Shown: in pieces, positions 1-11,600 of the stretch
Numbering within the stretch: the stretch's first letter is position 1
How the letters are laid out: every line of letters begins with the position of its first letter
NCBI RefSeq assembly: GCF_000002075.1
Contig: NW_004797278.1
Location: 1,505,641-1,556,087 of the forward strand
Length of the DNA stretch: 50,447 nt
Direction of reading: 5' to 3'
From: Aplysia californica
Lineage: Eukaryota
Made by a program: the position numbers and the translations under genes
Notes under the pieces: model-generated
Told to the model about the DNA's origin: nothing
The model's input: only the letters and a program-made list of their open reading frames with translations
Database searches by the model: none

Positions 1-369
1 CCCCCCTTTGGTTGGTATCTCTGGGGGGGTTTTGGTGTGAGGGATGGGGTGGGGTAAATGCATAACAGGAAATATTAGCTCATTGTGTGCTCAGTTTTCA
101 GGAAGAATAATACATCTATGAAATAACATTATAGATTAATATTATTCCTAAATTAATTAATTTCTAATGCAGCAACAATTCTTCTTTTTGCTAAGAGTGC
201 TCCCCCTTGCTTTCTACCTCGTCAATTTGCCAAGTTGTAAAATTATAGCTATTAAACAAATATAACAGATAGGCCAATGAGTTGTTTTTTGATTACCTTC
301 TAAATGCGATTGGGATTTGCTATAAAGATTTTGTCTATTTTTTCCTTAATATTACTGAATAATTGTATG

Positions 370-568
370 CATTGACGTAAACCTCAACTTCCAGGGCTTT
401 CGTATATCGTTGGTCTATATTGCTGCCGTAGACCATTCAATAATAGGCTACACACTCGGCTACAATAAATGTATGGCAGAATTAGGCCCACTCTGCTACT
501 ACTGTTGATGTCAAACAAACAGAGCAACCAGACTAGCTGATCTATTCGTAATAATAAGAGAGGTGAGC
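370..568 (+). promoter_or_regulatory. Candidate promoter and non-coding first exon of the SLC22 gene (donor AG|gtgagc at 563)
   Basis: The acceptor at 2145 lies upstream of the ATG, so an upstream exon is implied. A good donor is at 563, CpGs are locally retained and a TGACGTAA motif is near 373. Inference only. Confidence 0.35.
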
Positions 569-597
569 CCTGTTTTCGAGCTGTGAAGCTACAACGT

Positions 598-1010
598 ACA
601 TCTAGATCTAATCTAGATCTAGAATCTAGATCTACATATCTATTATGATTTTTTTCATGTTTTACAATTGTAATTATCGTTGACCTGCCTGAACGTGAAA
701 TATGTTCACCCCTTAACCGTGAAGAGCAATTGCAACTTGAATTTCATCATTGGACACTCAATAATGACAATCACAATGTGACAGTGTCCTTCTCTTTATA
801 CTTTTAGATCTAGATCTACATCACTTTTATTATTCTCAGTTCTGCATCTAGAATATAGATCTAGAATCTAGATCTAGATCTAGATCTTGATCTTGTTCAG
901 AACGATGGACATGATAATATCTTTACTTTCTACGTTCTTCTGTAGGCCTAGGTCTAGATCTAAATCTAGATCTAGATCTAGATCTAGATTCTAGATCTAG
1001 ATCTAGATTT
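598..1010. repeat. TCTAGA/AGATCT palindromic hexamer cluster
   Basis: About 18 TCTAGA by hand count, in runs such as tctagatctagatctagatctaga, plus TAGGCCTA near 944. Confidence 0.85.
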
Positions 1011-1356
1011 GTTAATTGGATTTATCAGTGCCCAGTTCAGTGCCATGCAATATTCGTGTTGTAGTGGGGAGACCAGCAAGCAAGCAGACAGGTGCCTGTT
1101 TAGTACTCTTTAGACTACTGTTCAAAGTCAAAGTTGAAATATCATGTAGTATTAGTATTGCAGAAGTCTGTCTCTTTGTCACAGAGTAAACAAAGTTTTA
1201 ATTTTGATTGTTTGATTGTAGTTTTGTAGAATTGTTACTTTTGTATTTGTATTGAGATTGTTGTTTGTTTGTTTTTTAGGGGGGGGGGGAGAGTTTAACT
1301 CATTCGCTACACCAAGCCGTGACGAACGACCACCTTGAGACATAGAGTAGAACAGA

Positions 1357-1415
1357 GGGGTAGAGGTAGGGTTTGGGGTAGGGGTAGAGGTAGGGTTTGG
1401 GGTAGGGGTAGAGGT
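1357..1415 (+). repeat. G-rich 24-bp tandem repeat, about 2.5 copies (G-quadruplex potential)
   Basis: ggggtagaggtagggtttggggta repeated directly. Confidence 0.75.
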
Positions 1416-2216
1416 GTTAGGTCTCTTCTTTATTGTAAGTGTTTGTTTGGGTGATCGCTTGTTATGGAAGTCTTTCCTGTAATGGGGTATAGATCTACAT
1501 GCTAAATATTATAAAACTGTTAAAACTGTGTCAAAGTGAAAGAGGGAGTAGTTTATAAAATTTCTCTAAAAAACACTTCCAAGTCAAAATAAATCGATTT
1601 GGATTCGTAAAACATTGTATTATAATCATAATTAATATATAAGCAGTAAACAATGATCCTGCAATCTGACCGGGGTCTAGCTGGGACCGGGCAAGTTTCA
1701 CTGGGCACTCCCATCGTCCTCATGGGGTTATAGAGCTAATTTGAGACAGATAAAGATATATTATATATTATCTGTGAGATTTGAGGGTTAGGGGGTGAAC
1801 ACAATGTGGAAGACAAAACCTTTTGTTTCTAATGGCACTTCCAACTTTCTAGCACACTGACCCTTTGAAGCTACGTCAGAAGAAGCAATTTCATCTAAAA
1901 TATTAACGATATAATGTATACAGGGATGAGTTGCTGGATGTCGTTGGGGAGTGAAAAAAAAATAATAATCTACTTTGTTCAACTTGACCTTCAGGATCAC
2001 ACCCTTTAGAATCAAGTAAAATTCTGAGTTTGTTTTTGTCCATATTTCAAATAATAATATTGATATTTTTTTAAAGTGAATGTGACCTGATAGATTCATC
2101 TTGTAAATTTCTCTGAGAGATTAAAAATTATTTTTTTTATTTCAGGTGATGCGAAAAGAGCAACCTTCAACCATGTATGACCGCTGATCCACGTTCATAA
2201 AACTTCAGTTGCCAAA

Positions 2217-2618
2217 ATGGATGTTGATCTCATTCAGCTGAAGCTGGTTGAAAATTATAGGTTTCAGATTTTATCATTTATTGCCTTAGGAATTGTTTAT
2301 GCTCGTGGAGCTTGGAATGTATTTGGAGTGCTATTCCTTGCTGCTGGTGCAGGTCATACATGTGACTATGACAGAGAAATTGTTACAGTGGAATCTAAAG
2401 ATAGTAATCAACATGTGACTACAATCTTCAATGCCAGCAGTAATTTCACAGTGACGACTGTTTCATGGGGCCTTGATGGTAAAAAATCGAAGGACCCCTT
2501 GATCGTACCTAGAGAATGTGATGTGATTGTGGCAGGGGAAAATGGCACCAACTTAAGTATGCCTTGTACATTTGGCTGGGTTTATCGAAGTGAGTTCGAA
2601 TCTACTATTGTTTCTGAG
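2217..2618 (+). CDS. SLC22-like coding exon 1 (TM1 and large extracellular loop)
   Basis: Acceptor ttcag at 2141-2145, ATG at 2217, donor GAG|gtgagt at 2619. Encodes MDVDL...ESTIVSE with N-glycosylation sequons NAS, NFT, NGT, NLS. Confidence 0.9.
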
Positions 2619-5600
2619 GTGAGTATAGCACTGATAAAATTATAAATTTAATTCCAGATTTTCGTTACTCATTAAGATAAAAATCATTTGTTGGTTTCAC
2701 CACTTTTTTATTTCTACCTTTTAAAAAAAATTGTTTTACTCAAAGTTTGTGCCTTCTTGTTTTGATCTGTCAAATGAAATTCCAGAGTTGTTAGTTTGCT
2801 GATAACAACGTGAACTGCCTTTTTATGGCTAATAATTTTTGTTTAATTGTTGTTTTTTAATTTTTATGCCACTGAGATTCAGCAGCTGTTACTAGGATTG
2901 TTGTCCTATTGCCTTGTTTTCTTTTTGGATTCATTATATAATACACTTCGTTTAAACTTATGTCTCAACACATTTCATTGCAGTGGGATCTTGTTTGTGT
3001 GAGGGCTTACCTCTCAGAGCTGTCCACAACATTGTATATGGTGGGGTCCATGGTTGGAGCCTTCCTGATATCTCCATTATCAGACAAGTTTGGTCGGCGT
3101 ATTGTTCTGCTGCTTTGTTTGATGGCTCAAGCTGTGGTGGGTGCCTGTGTAGCACTATCCCCAAACTATGCTGTTTTTACCACCCTGAGGTTTATAGTGG
3201 GGTTCTTCAACATGGTGAGTTAAGTTAAGATATAAAACACTTGACTGTTGGTATTGTAAGAACAACTTTAGAATTTTTTCAAGTTTCTAAGATAAATTAA
3301 TTGACCTTGCAAATGGGATATTCGAGTGTGACCTTTAATGTTTTGTTTCTGTCTTCAAAGGAATCTAACATACAAATGTCACTGTACTGTAACTATAATG
3401 ACCTAACCGGGCTTGACATGACTATTTCTCCTCTGCTGGGAATTAATTCTTGCTAAGTTTGGAGAAATTTTTTTAAGTTTCTAAGGTAAATTGATTGAGC
3501 GTGTAAATGGGATATTTGCGTATGACCTTTAATGTTGTTTTGTCTCTTTCTCCAAAGGAATCTAACATACAAATGTCACTGTACTGTAATGACCTATAAC
3601 CCTGCTTACCATGACTATTTCTCCTCTGCTGGAAATGAATGCTTAAAAATTATAGGGAGCAAAGAGGAGCCTCTTATGCTTTAACTACAAAGACCGTTCT
3701 TTAATTGCCCTAAGTAAGAACCACCTTGTTATGTTGCCAATAGCATTGAAGGGTATTCGTGAAATGATAATTTTTGGTAGTCTATGAGGCAGAGACAAGT
3801 CAATCAAGTGATGAACTGTCAAATGGCAAGGCAGCATGACATTGACCACAACATGCCGAACACATACTGTCAGTGCTGCACACAGGTGTTATGTTCTGCA
3901 AAACAACAGATTTCAGTGTTGAAGGGTGTGGTTGCTCATTCTATTTTATGCACTATTCATGCTGCCACTTTTAGAAAATGGAATAGGACAGAAAAGCACC
4001 CTTCTTGAGATAGACGATAAAAGCTTGCAGCATGCACCCATGCCTGAAGAAATGAGAATGTATGTTGGCAGCCAGAGTTGAAACTAAATCTCTAGTTATG
4101 CAGATCATTGTATTTATTTAACTGAGTTAAGCAGTGGTCAGTTGTCAAAGGGATTAATTGGTCAGATTGGGGGTATTTTACAACCTCATTTAAATGATTG
4201 CATCAAGACAGATAGTACTGACTTATTATGATCTATTTTTGACTCCAATCTCAATACAACACTGGTTTAGAAGGATTTGAGAGTTTTTAGTGTTACAAGG
4301 TGTGACAGTGCCTCACTGAATGACTTTTTTGCCTTTCAGATAGACGTGCTGAGCCTTTTTCTTGAACTGACGTCTTTTTTTCATTTGCACTAATATTCTA
4401 GGTGGTTCTGATCTGCTGGTCATGTTCTGATCGGTTCAAAGTACGTTTGATCTTGCTTTTTAAATTAATGTGCAAACACACAGAGATGTGCGCACATACA
4501 TACACACTCACATACAAGTATAACCATACATAACATAATTCACATATGTAGTTCACTTCATGAGCTTTATGGCTTCTCTTTTTCTTACTTTGCTTAGGGC
4601 ATCGCTTTGTGCACTTACGTGATGATGACAGAAATATTTCCAGCCCAGCACAGGGCAATCCCATCTTGTGGCTTCCAAATTTTCTGGGCATTTGGTGTTA
4701 TGTTGACTGCTCTCTTTGGATTTGTTGTTCGAGATTGGCGGCACCTACAGTTGGTGTTCTCTCTGCCCAACATATTATGTGCTGTATTTGTTTGGTAGGT
4801 GGGAATTCTTAAACTGATTTTAGTTACTGAATGCCTTTTTACCAAATGTTAATGATGATATAATATTGCTTTTTTTTTTTCAAAGTAAATTATTTTGAAT
4901 AAATTGCTTATACTTTTTTCAGAATGCTTGTAAGAGAGTTGTTAGTTGTGAGTGAGAGTGCCACTTCATATAAATTGTAATTTTTTAAGATTGCTGGGTT
5001 TTTTTGGAGGATAAAATAAGACCTTTAGGAGATTTGTTTTGTAATGACATATGATAATGACAGTCAATGTATAACATAATGACACATACAGATAATGTAA
5101 TGTAGGTAATGTATGTCATCACACATGCTTTGTCTGAGGCTTTAAGTTCTAGTTCTTCTAGTTCTATATTCTAATGATAGTTATTTTTTTCCTGCCTTAC
5201 TCAGGATTATGCCAGAGTCTCTTCCATGGCTGATCTCTCAAAACAAGTTGTCCAAAGCGCAGTCGGTGATTGCTCGAATTGCCAGATTCAACAATTTGGA
5301 TATCCCTGATGACTTTTACATGTATGAGGCCTCACAGGTCAACTCCACAAATGATCAGGAAGACATTCAGTGTAACTCGCCATCCTCTCGCTGTGCAGAC
5401 CAACCCCTCCTGTCTGAAGAACTTTCTCAGCAGGAAGCTGTGGGGCTTTTGTCAGAGGGTTCAAGTCATGAGCTGAGGGATCGGGAAGCAGTCGCAGATA
5501 AACAAAACGGGCACGCACAAGCAGGAGATGACACAAGCCAGACTGGGAGAGTGACCACACCAGAGCGCATTGTTGATTCACCCGCCATAGACCCAGAGGT

Positions 5601-8600
5601 TCAGATTATAGCTGAGTCCACTCCAGGGAATGCCGGCTTTCAACAAAGCACAAGAATCAGCCGTACAAGGGAACTGAAGAATGTCTTCACTCTCTGCACT
5701 AGCCCCAGAATCAGGCTCTACACCATAATAATGTTTTTCCTTTTGTAAGTACTGTTGCCGTTGTATTTTCCATCAACTTTGCCTTATTTTAAAAGTTTTT
5801 CCAGTATTTTCTTTGATTGCTCAAGCCATGGGTATCTTGTGGAGGACTGAAAATTTGAGTACGTCTTTCTTCTTTCTGACATGATTCTATTTCTTGTGTC
5901 TTGTCTCTCCTTTTTCATGTATGTTGTGTGAAAAGAGTTTTTCTTCATTTACTGTCATGCAAATGAACGATTCTTTTTTTGATGAGTGTCCATCAGTATT
6001 TGGTGATTTGCAGCAGTTCATTTAAAGTATCAAATACAGTTTTTACGCATGTGGATGGGGGATCTGCAGTCCTAAAGAGAGCACAAGGTCATGGGTTATT
6101 TACAAATAATACAATTGCCATTGTGTTCAAAGAGGGAATTGTGATATTGTAAGTTTTATTTGATATCTTATTATATAGTTAGTGTACTCCAACCAAGATA
6201 TGTTTTTTATGGTACTTTTCAGTTTTGTGAACAGCCTTAGCTATTTTGGGATCTCCTTGAGCACACCTGTGTTACATGGCAACCAATTCTTCAACCTGTT
6301 TTTGCTTGGAGCTGTGGAGATACCTGCTTACGTGATCTGTATTCTTGTTTGTGAACGGTAAGCCATAAGACCCGTTTATTTTATATCTAGAATCACAAAT
6401 CACGGATACTGTATTATCATAGGGGGAGCCTGCCAAGTTGAGACCTCTCTGGCAACATTTAAAAAAATTTCTTAGGGAGGAGGTTAAATGTTTACACTCA
6501 TACTGAAGTCTGTCGTGTCAAATTGAACGGTTTCCAGAAAGGAATTATTCAGAAGGACAAAAGTGTTGGTCTTGAGGGGAGGGGGGGAGATTAAGTCATG
6601 TCATGGCATAGTGAAAGTTTGTAAACAAGTGTCAAGTTTAGCAGTATGTAGATAGGTGCACATGATACTTTAGATTGAGGACATTTTTTGTAACACTTAT
6701 TTATGGATATGAGGTTTTTGTATGGATTTCAAAGGAATATATGAATAAATGCATTTTTTCAAAAATGTACTGATTATTGGCAATTTTTACTTCTCAAATC
6801 AAATTTGTTTTCATATACCCCCAGCGTTGGTCGGAAAGTACCTCTCTGTGTGTTCTTGTTGACATGTGGGGTCATGAATATAACAGCAATGATGATATCG
6901 GATGAAGCCTGTAAGTAAAGTTCTAAGTAGCTGTTTGTCTGATATTTTTATACTCAGCCATATACTTTGCCTTTTCGTAAATATCTGCAGTCAGGCCATA
7001 AACCATAATTCGTCCTGTAATATCAGGGGTTGTTTGAGCTCTTTACGTGCTCAGTAATGTTTTGTGACAAGTTTTTCTTTGGATGAAGACCAGAATATAA
7101 ATAAAACAAGATAAATGATCCATTGCTTCTTGAGAAACAAAACAGTGCATGCTGCTGCAATCTTTTCCAGTTTTGTTAGTCTGTTGTTTTTGGTTCTTAA
7201 GTTTTCATTTTTCCGTTTTAGTTTGAATAAGTAAAAGCTTTCACAAACTGTTTTGTTTTTGTCTTTGAATGGATTGGGAACAAAGATATACTGACTTCAA
7301 CATAAGTTAAGGACCATTTGCAAACATTCTGAGTGGTCTTCTTGGGTCGACCTGCACGTGGGTGTTCTTGGACTGATCCAGTGGCTTGATGGCGCTGCCT
7401 CACGCTGACAGTGTCAGAGTGTGACACTGCAAGTCTTCTGGCAACTTCTCGGGCTCCAACTCCATCCTGCGGCCATGCCATAGCTCTGGCACGACCAAAG
7501 TCTCTCTGCATTCATCTTGATGCCGTGTTGATGCGATACTGGATTTTGTGCAAACGACGGCTTATATTGCCACCAAAGTGTGTACAGTTTGAAACCGTAC
7601 GTCCGTTTTTGAGGTGCACCAAAATTTTAAACTGAGGAATATCCGTGGTGTCGCACACAAGTCGATAAAAAACAGCAAATCTGGCTAAACTTCCTTTAGG
7701 ATTTCCGTGCTGCACATGTTGGTTTTGCCCCCTTAGGAAGCTTTGCAGTACGCATTAGTAACCCATTAACACTTTCAAAGAAAAAAAAATTTGAAACTTT
7801 CCTTGCGGTCTTTTTTTTTCTTCGTATTTTGAAAAAATCAGGGCTGTCTGTCAAGGTGGTCCTTAACTTATTGAAGTCTGTAGTATTCATTGCCATGTGG
7901 CTCAAGGATACCTTTAATGTGATCAAAGTAAGCCATGGACTGTTTTGTTGGGTTTTTTTTAAGGTTTAGTTTGGGAATTGTGGAAAATTTCATGTTCACC
8001 AATAAACAAAAATTTTAGAATTACTGAAGACAAAAATATTATTCAGAAAATGGAAATAACTCTAGATTGTTATCGTTTTCAAAACTGCGAACCAGTTGAA
8101 TTTTGAAATCTTTCATTCAATGTGTTTTTACTGTCAATGAAAATAAAGTTGGTAGTATTTCTATTGCAGCCGAAGGATTGGCTATGGTGAAGCCTTTTAT
8201 AAATAATATGTCCTTGTAAAGTCCAGTGTCTACACCAAGGAATAAAAAAATCAATCTCAGAAAGAAATTGTTCAGAAGCCAACGGTGTTGCCATTGTTTA
8301 CACGTCATTGCTAGTCCAATGTTCTATGTGGTAGTAAGGTAGAAGTCCTGTGTGCTGTTTATAGTTGATGATGTGCTTGTTTTGACAGCTCATCCTGTGT
8401 TGTTTGACATTTGTATACAAACTCTTTCCCCAGCCTCGGGCATGAGTGGTGTGAAAATTGGTTTTGTCATGCTGGGAAAATTTGCCATTACAGGCGCCTA
8501 CACAACTGTGTATTTGTACTCTGCTGAGATCTTCCCAACATGTATCAGGTAAAAATCCTCTTTTTTTTTTTGTGGAAGGTGTTTTACGGTGCTTGCAACA

Positions 8601-11600
8601 GAATAAGGTCAAGTGTGTGGGACACATTTAACATTTTCAGTTGGTAGGAAATTTTGAATTTTACCCGGGTGGCGGCCGAAGCCTACTCTTATGGATTTTG
8701 TATCACCAAGGGATCTTAAACTTGCGCAATTTGCACACGGGACATCCAAGATTTTTCTCCCTTATCTGAGAAGGCTAGGTGTAGATCTTACCTACCATAA
8801 GATCAGGGGTGTGGCTGAAAGACAGCAGTAAGAAGGAGCCAAGGAGTAGCATTAGAAAGGTTGTAGACAGAGTCAGAACGCCAGAGGAGGGGACTAAAGA
8901 GGTGAGGGGATAACATTTTCCTTTTGAAGATTCATCTGCTCTGGAAACTCGGCCCAGTCTGACCTGCAAGCCCCGTACATAGCTCTGTCTTTTAAAGAAT
9001 GAAATAAGCAGGGTGACTGCCAGGCCCCGGGAATCCCCCGGAAATTTGAAAAAAAATCGCCGAGATCGGGGAATGCCCTGGGAATTTGAGGAAATCTGTA
9101 AATTGCCCCGGGAAAGACCCGGGTAAATACATAAAAGGTCTCGAACATTTGAAAACCAAATGGGATAATGTCCTTGGGTTCTGGGTTCATTTTTGCCTGT
9201 GGCAATTGAGATATTCATTCCACTTTTCCCGGTCTGAGAGTACGCTTCACGCGAACTGGCGGCTATGGCGGCAAGCGGAAGTGTATGTGTGATACCAAAG
9301 CTCGATCTACTTTCGCTTTCGTTACCACCCAGAAATTTGCCGGTAGCAGTCAGATTAACGCAAGATTTGTAATACACAGTTTGTGCTTTACAAACGCTGT
9401 ATCGCCGTTTAAATAAATAAATATTTGTCTTGTGCTGTCACTTGGGGGGGAAAAGTTATAATACAAGCGTCTTATCGGGCTTGCCTGCCATCGTGACCGG
9501 TCAGTGAACCTGTGGGTTTGCGTCACATTGTGAGTACCGGGATCATTGGGGTCACCAAAGTTCCTTCCAAGTCTGTGCACTGCGAAATATAGGGCTCCGG
9601 AATGGGAGGATTTATTGATTTTTTAAAAAGGTACAGTCGGGGAAGGGGTGAGGTTGAAGGCAACACTGGATGACTAAAATGGAGCTTGGAAGCAAATTTC
9701 AGTACTTAGAATTTTGATTAGTACTAGAGCTTTCTGCAAAGCGCGCATTGGTGCAGGCCTTGTGTGGAATTGGGATCCATCATATTCATACCTTGTAAGC
9801 CGTACTTTTTAACCAAAACAAGATTCATTTTTATATAGTTTATATAGGCAAATATGATGAGGGGAGTAAGAACAGACTGAAATGCATAAGTCACACAGTA
9901 TCCCAGTGCCACGCTGACATGTTGTTGACTGGATATAATGTACCTACATGCTTGTGTGTGTGTGTGTATGTATGTATAAATGGAGCACGCGCTGTCATTG
10001 TTATGTAACATGCCCCTGGAAAATGGATGAGCCCACTGGGAAATTGAGAAGCCGGGTTGGCAGTCATCCTGAATAAGTCAGTATGAAAATCATAATCATC
10101 AATGCCTTCCACCCCTGGCAGGGTATAGGCCACATACAAGCTCCTTCCATTTATCTCTGTCCTGGGCCTACCTTCCAAGCTCGTTCCAAGTGAGCTTCAT
10201 CTCTCTCATGTCCCTTTCCACCCATCTCCTCCATGTGTCCCATAGCCTACCCCTGCCTCGTGCTCCCTGTGGGTTCCACTGCAGTGACTGTCTTGTGATG
10301 TTTCCGCTGGGCTTTATTTTACAAATTTGCAAAAAGTCAACGAAATCAAGACTTTAGTCACTGTTTGAGATCTTCATTGTCATGTTACCCACAGCACCCT
10401 ATCATCATAAACAGAAGCAGTTTTGTCCTGATACATTCAGACTTTTCACTCATATGTGTATTGCGGAGGAACAGTTTTTGTTTGAATTCATATAAGATTT
10501 CTAGTAGTTTGGGCATGATACAGGTACTGTTGACTTGCCAGTAAATTTGTAGCAGATTTAGTCTGGTCAAAAAAATTTTGAAACGTAAAATAAATGTCAA
10601 ATATGCTGGTTTGCAAAATCCATACATGACATACCATTAAAAAAACCCAGCAAATATTTCTCATTTTGCTGTCCTTGATCGTCGGGGTTATTTTTTTTAC
10701 TGTTTTGGGGATTTGAAAGTACACATGTGTACATCTCATAGAGCTGCAAAAAAGATAATGTTGGTTTCTAATAATTTCACATATTCTTTCATCGTTTTCA
10801 AATTCAAAGTATTTACTGTCTGTGCGTCCTTGCTGATTTCTTGATGTTGAGCTTAGAATCAGAAAGATTTTATTAATTAAAATGCTTATTGCATTTTTTC
10901 TCTTTTTTGTCTTCCTTCAGGAACCATGCTGTAGGGATCTCGTCGTGCTTTGAGAACTTTGGAAGCATAGCTGCACCATTCATTGTTTTCTCTGTAAGTT
11001 TGTTAAGCGGGTGGCTAAAAGTGTGGTAATTTTAGCATTCTTAAACCTCCCGCAGGCTCACTTACTTATTTTGGTACAGACTTTTCATTTCCCATCTTTA
11101 TAGGGTAGCTTTGCTAGTGCTTAATAGCCTTTTCCAATGTTGGCTATTCTATAGATATACGAGGGCTGTCCCACGGAAAACCGGAAAAGGTCCGTAAAAG
11201 CAAAAATCTTTGTCCTATTATAATAAAACTGTAACACATCATACCTCAACATGTGCTTTATTTCTCAATGTAATCACCATCCCGCTGGACACATTTTTCC
11301 CATCGATGGATCTGGGAGAAGATACCCTCCCTGAAGAATTTTTCGTCAAGGGATTTCAACCAATCGTTCACGGCTTCCACGAGGTCTTCGTCGTCGGTGA
11401 ATCGCTGTCCAGAAATATGGCGTTTCATTGGTTCAAAAAGGTGATAATCTGACAGGGCCAAGTCAGGACTGTGAGGGGGGTGTAGTAGAACTTCCTAGCC
11501 GAACCTTTGGAACCAGTCTTTCGTGACGTTTGCGGTGTGTGGCGTTGTGCTGCCATGCTGCAAAATGACCCCGCTGGTCTTTTTCGGCCCCAACCCATCA

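Noticed and set aside
8775-9377. 200-aa minus-strand ORF
   Set aside because: It crosses a SINE boundary and a hAT-like boundary, lies antisense in an intron and has no recognisable domain.
10385-10850. Possible DNA-transposon relic in intron 7 (similar case at 12150-12570)
   Set aside because: The composition looks TE-like, but no TIR pair, TSD or second copy was found in the window.
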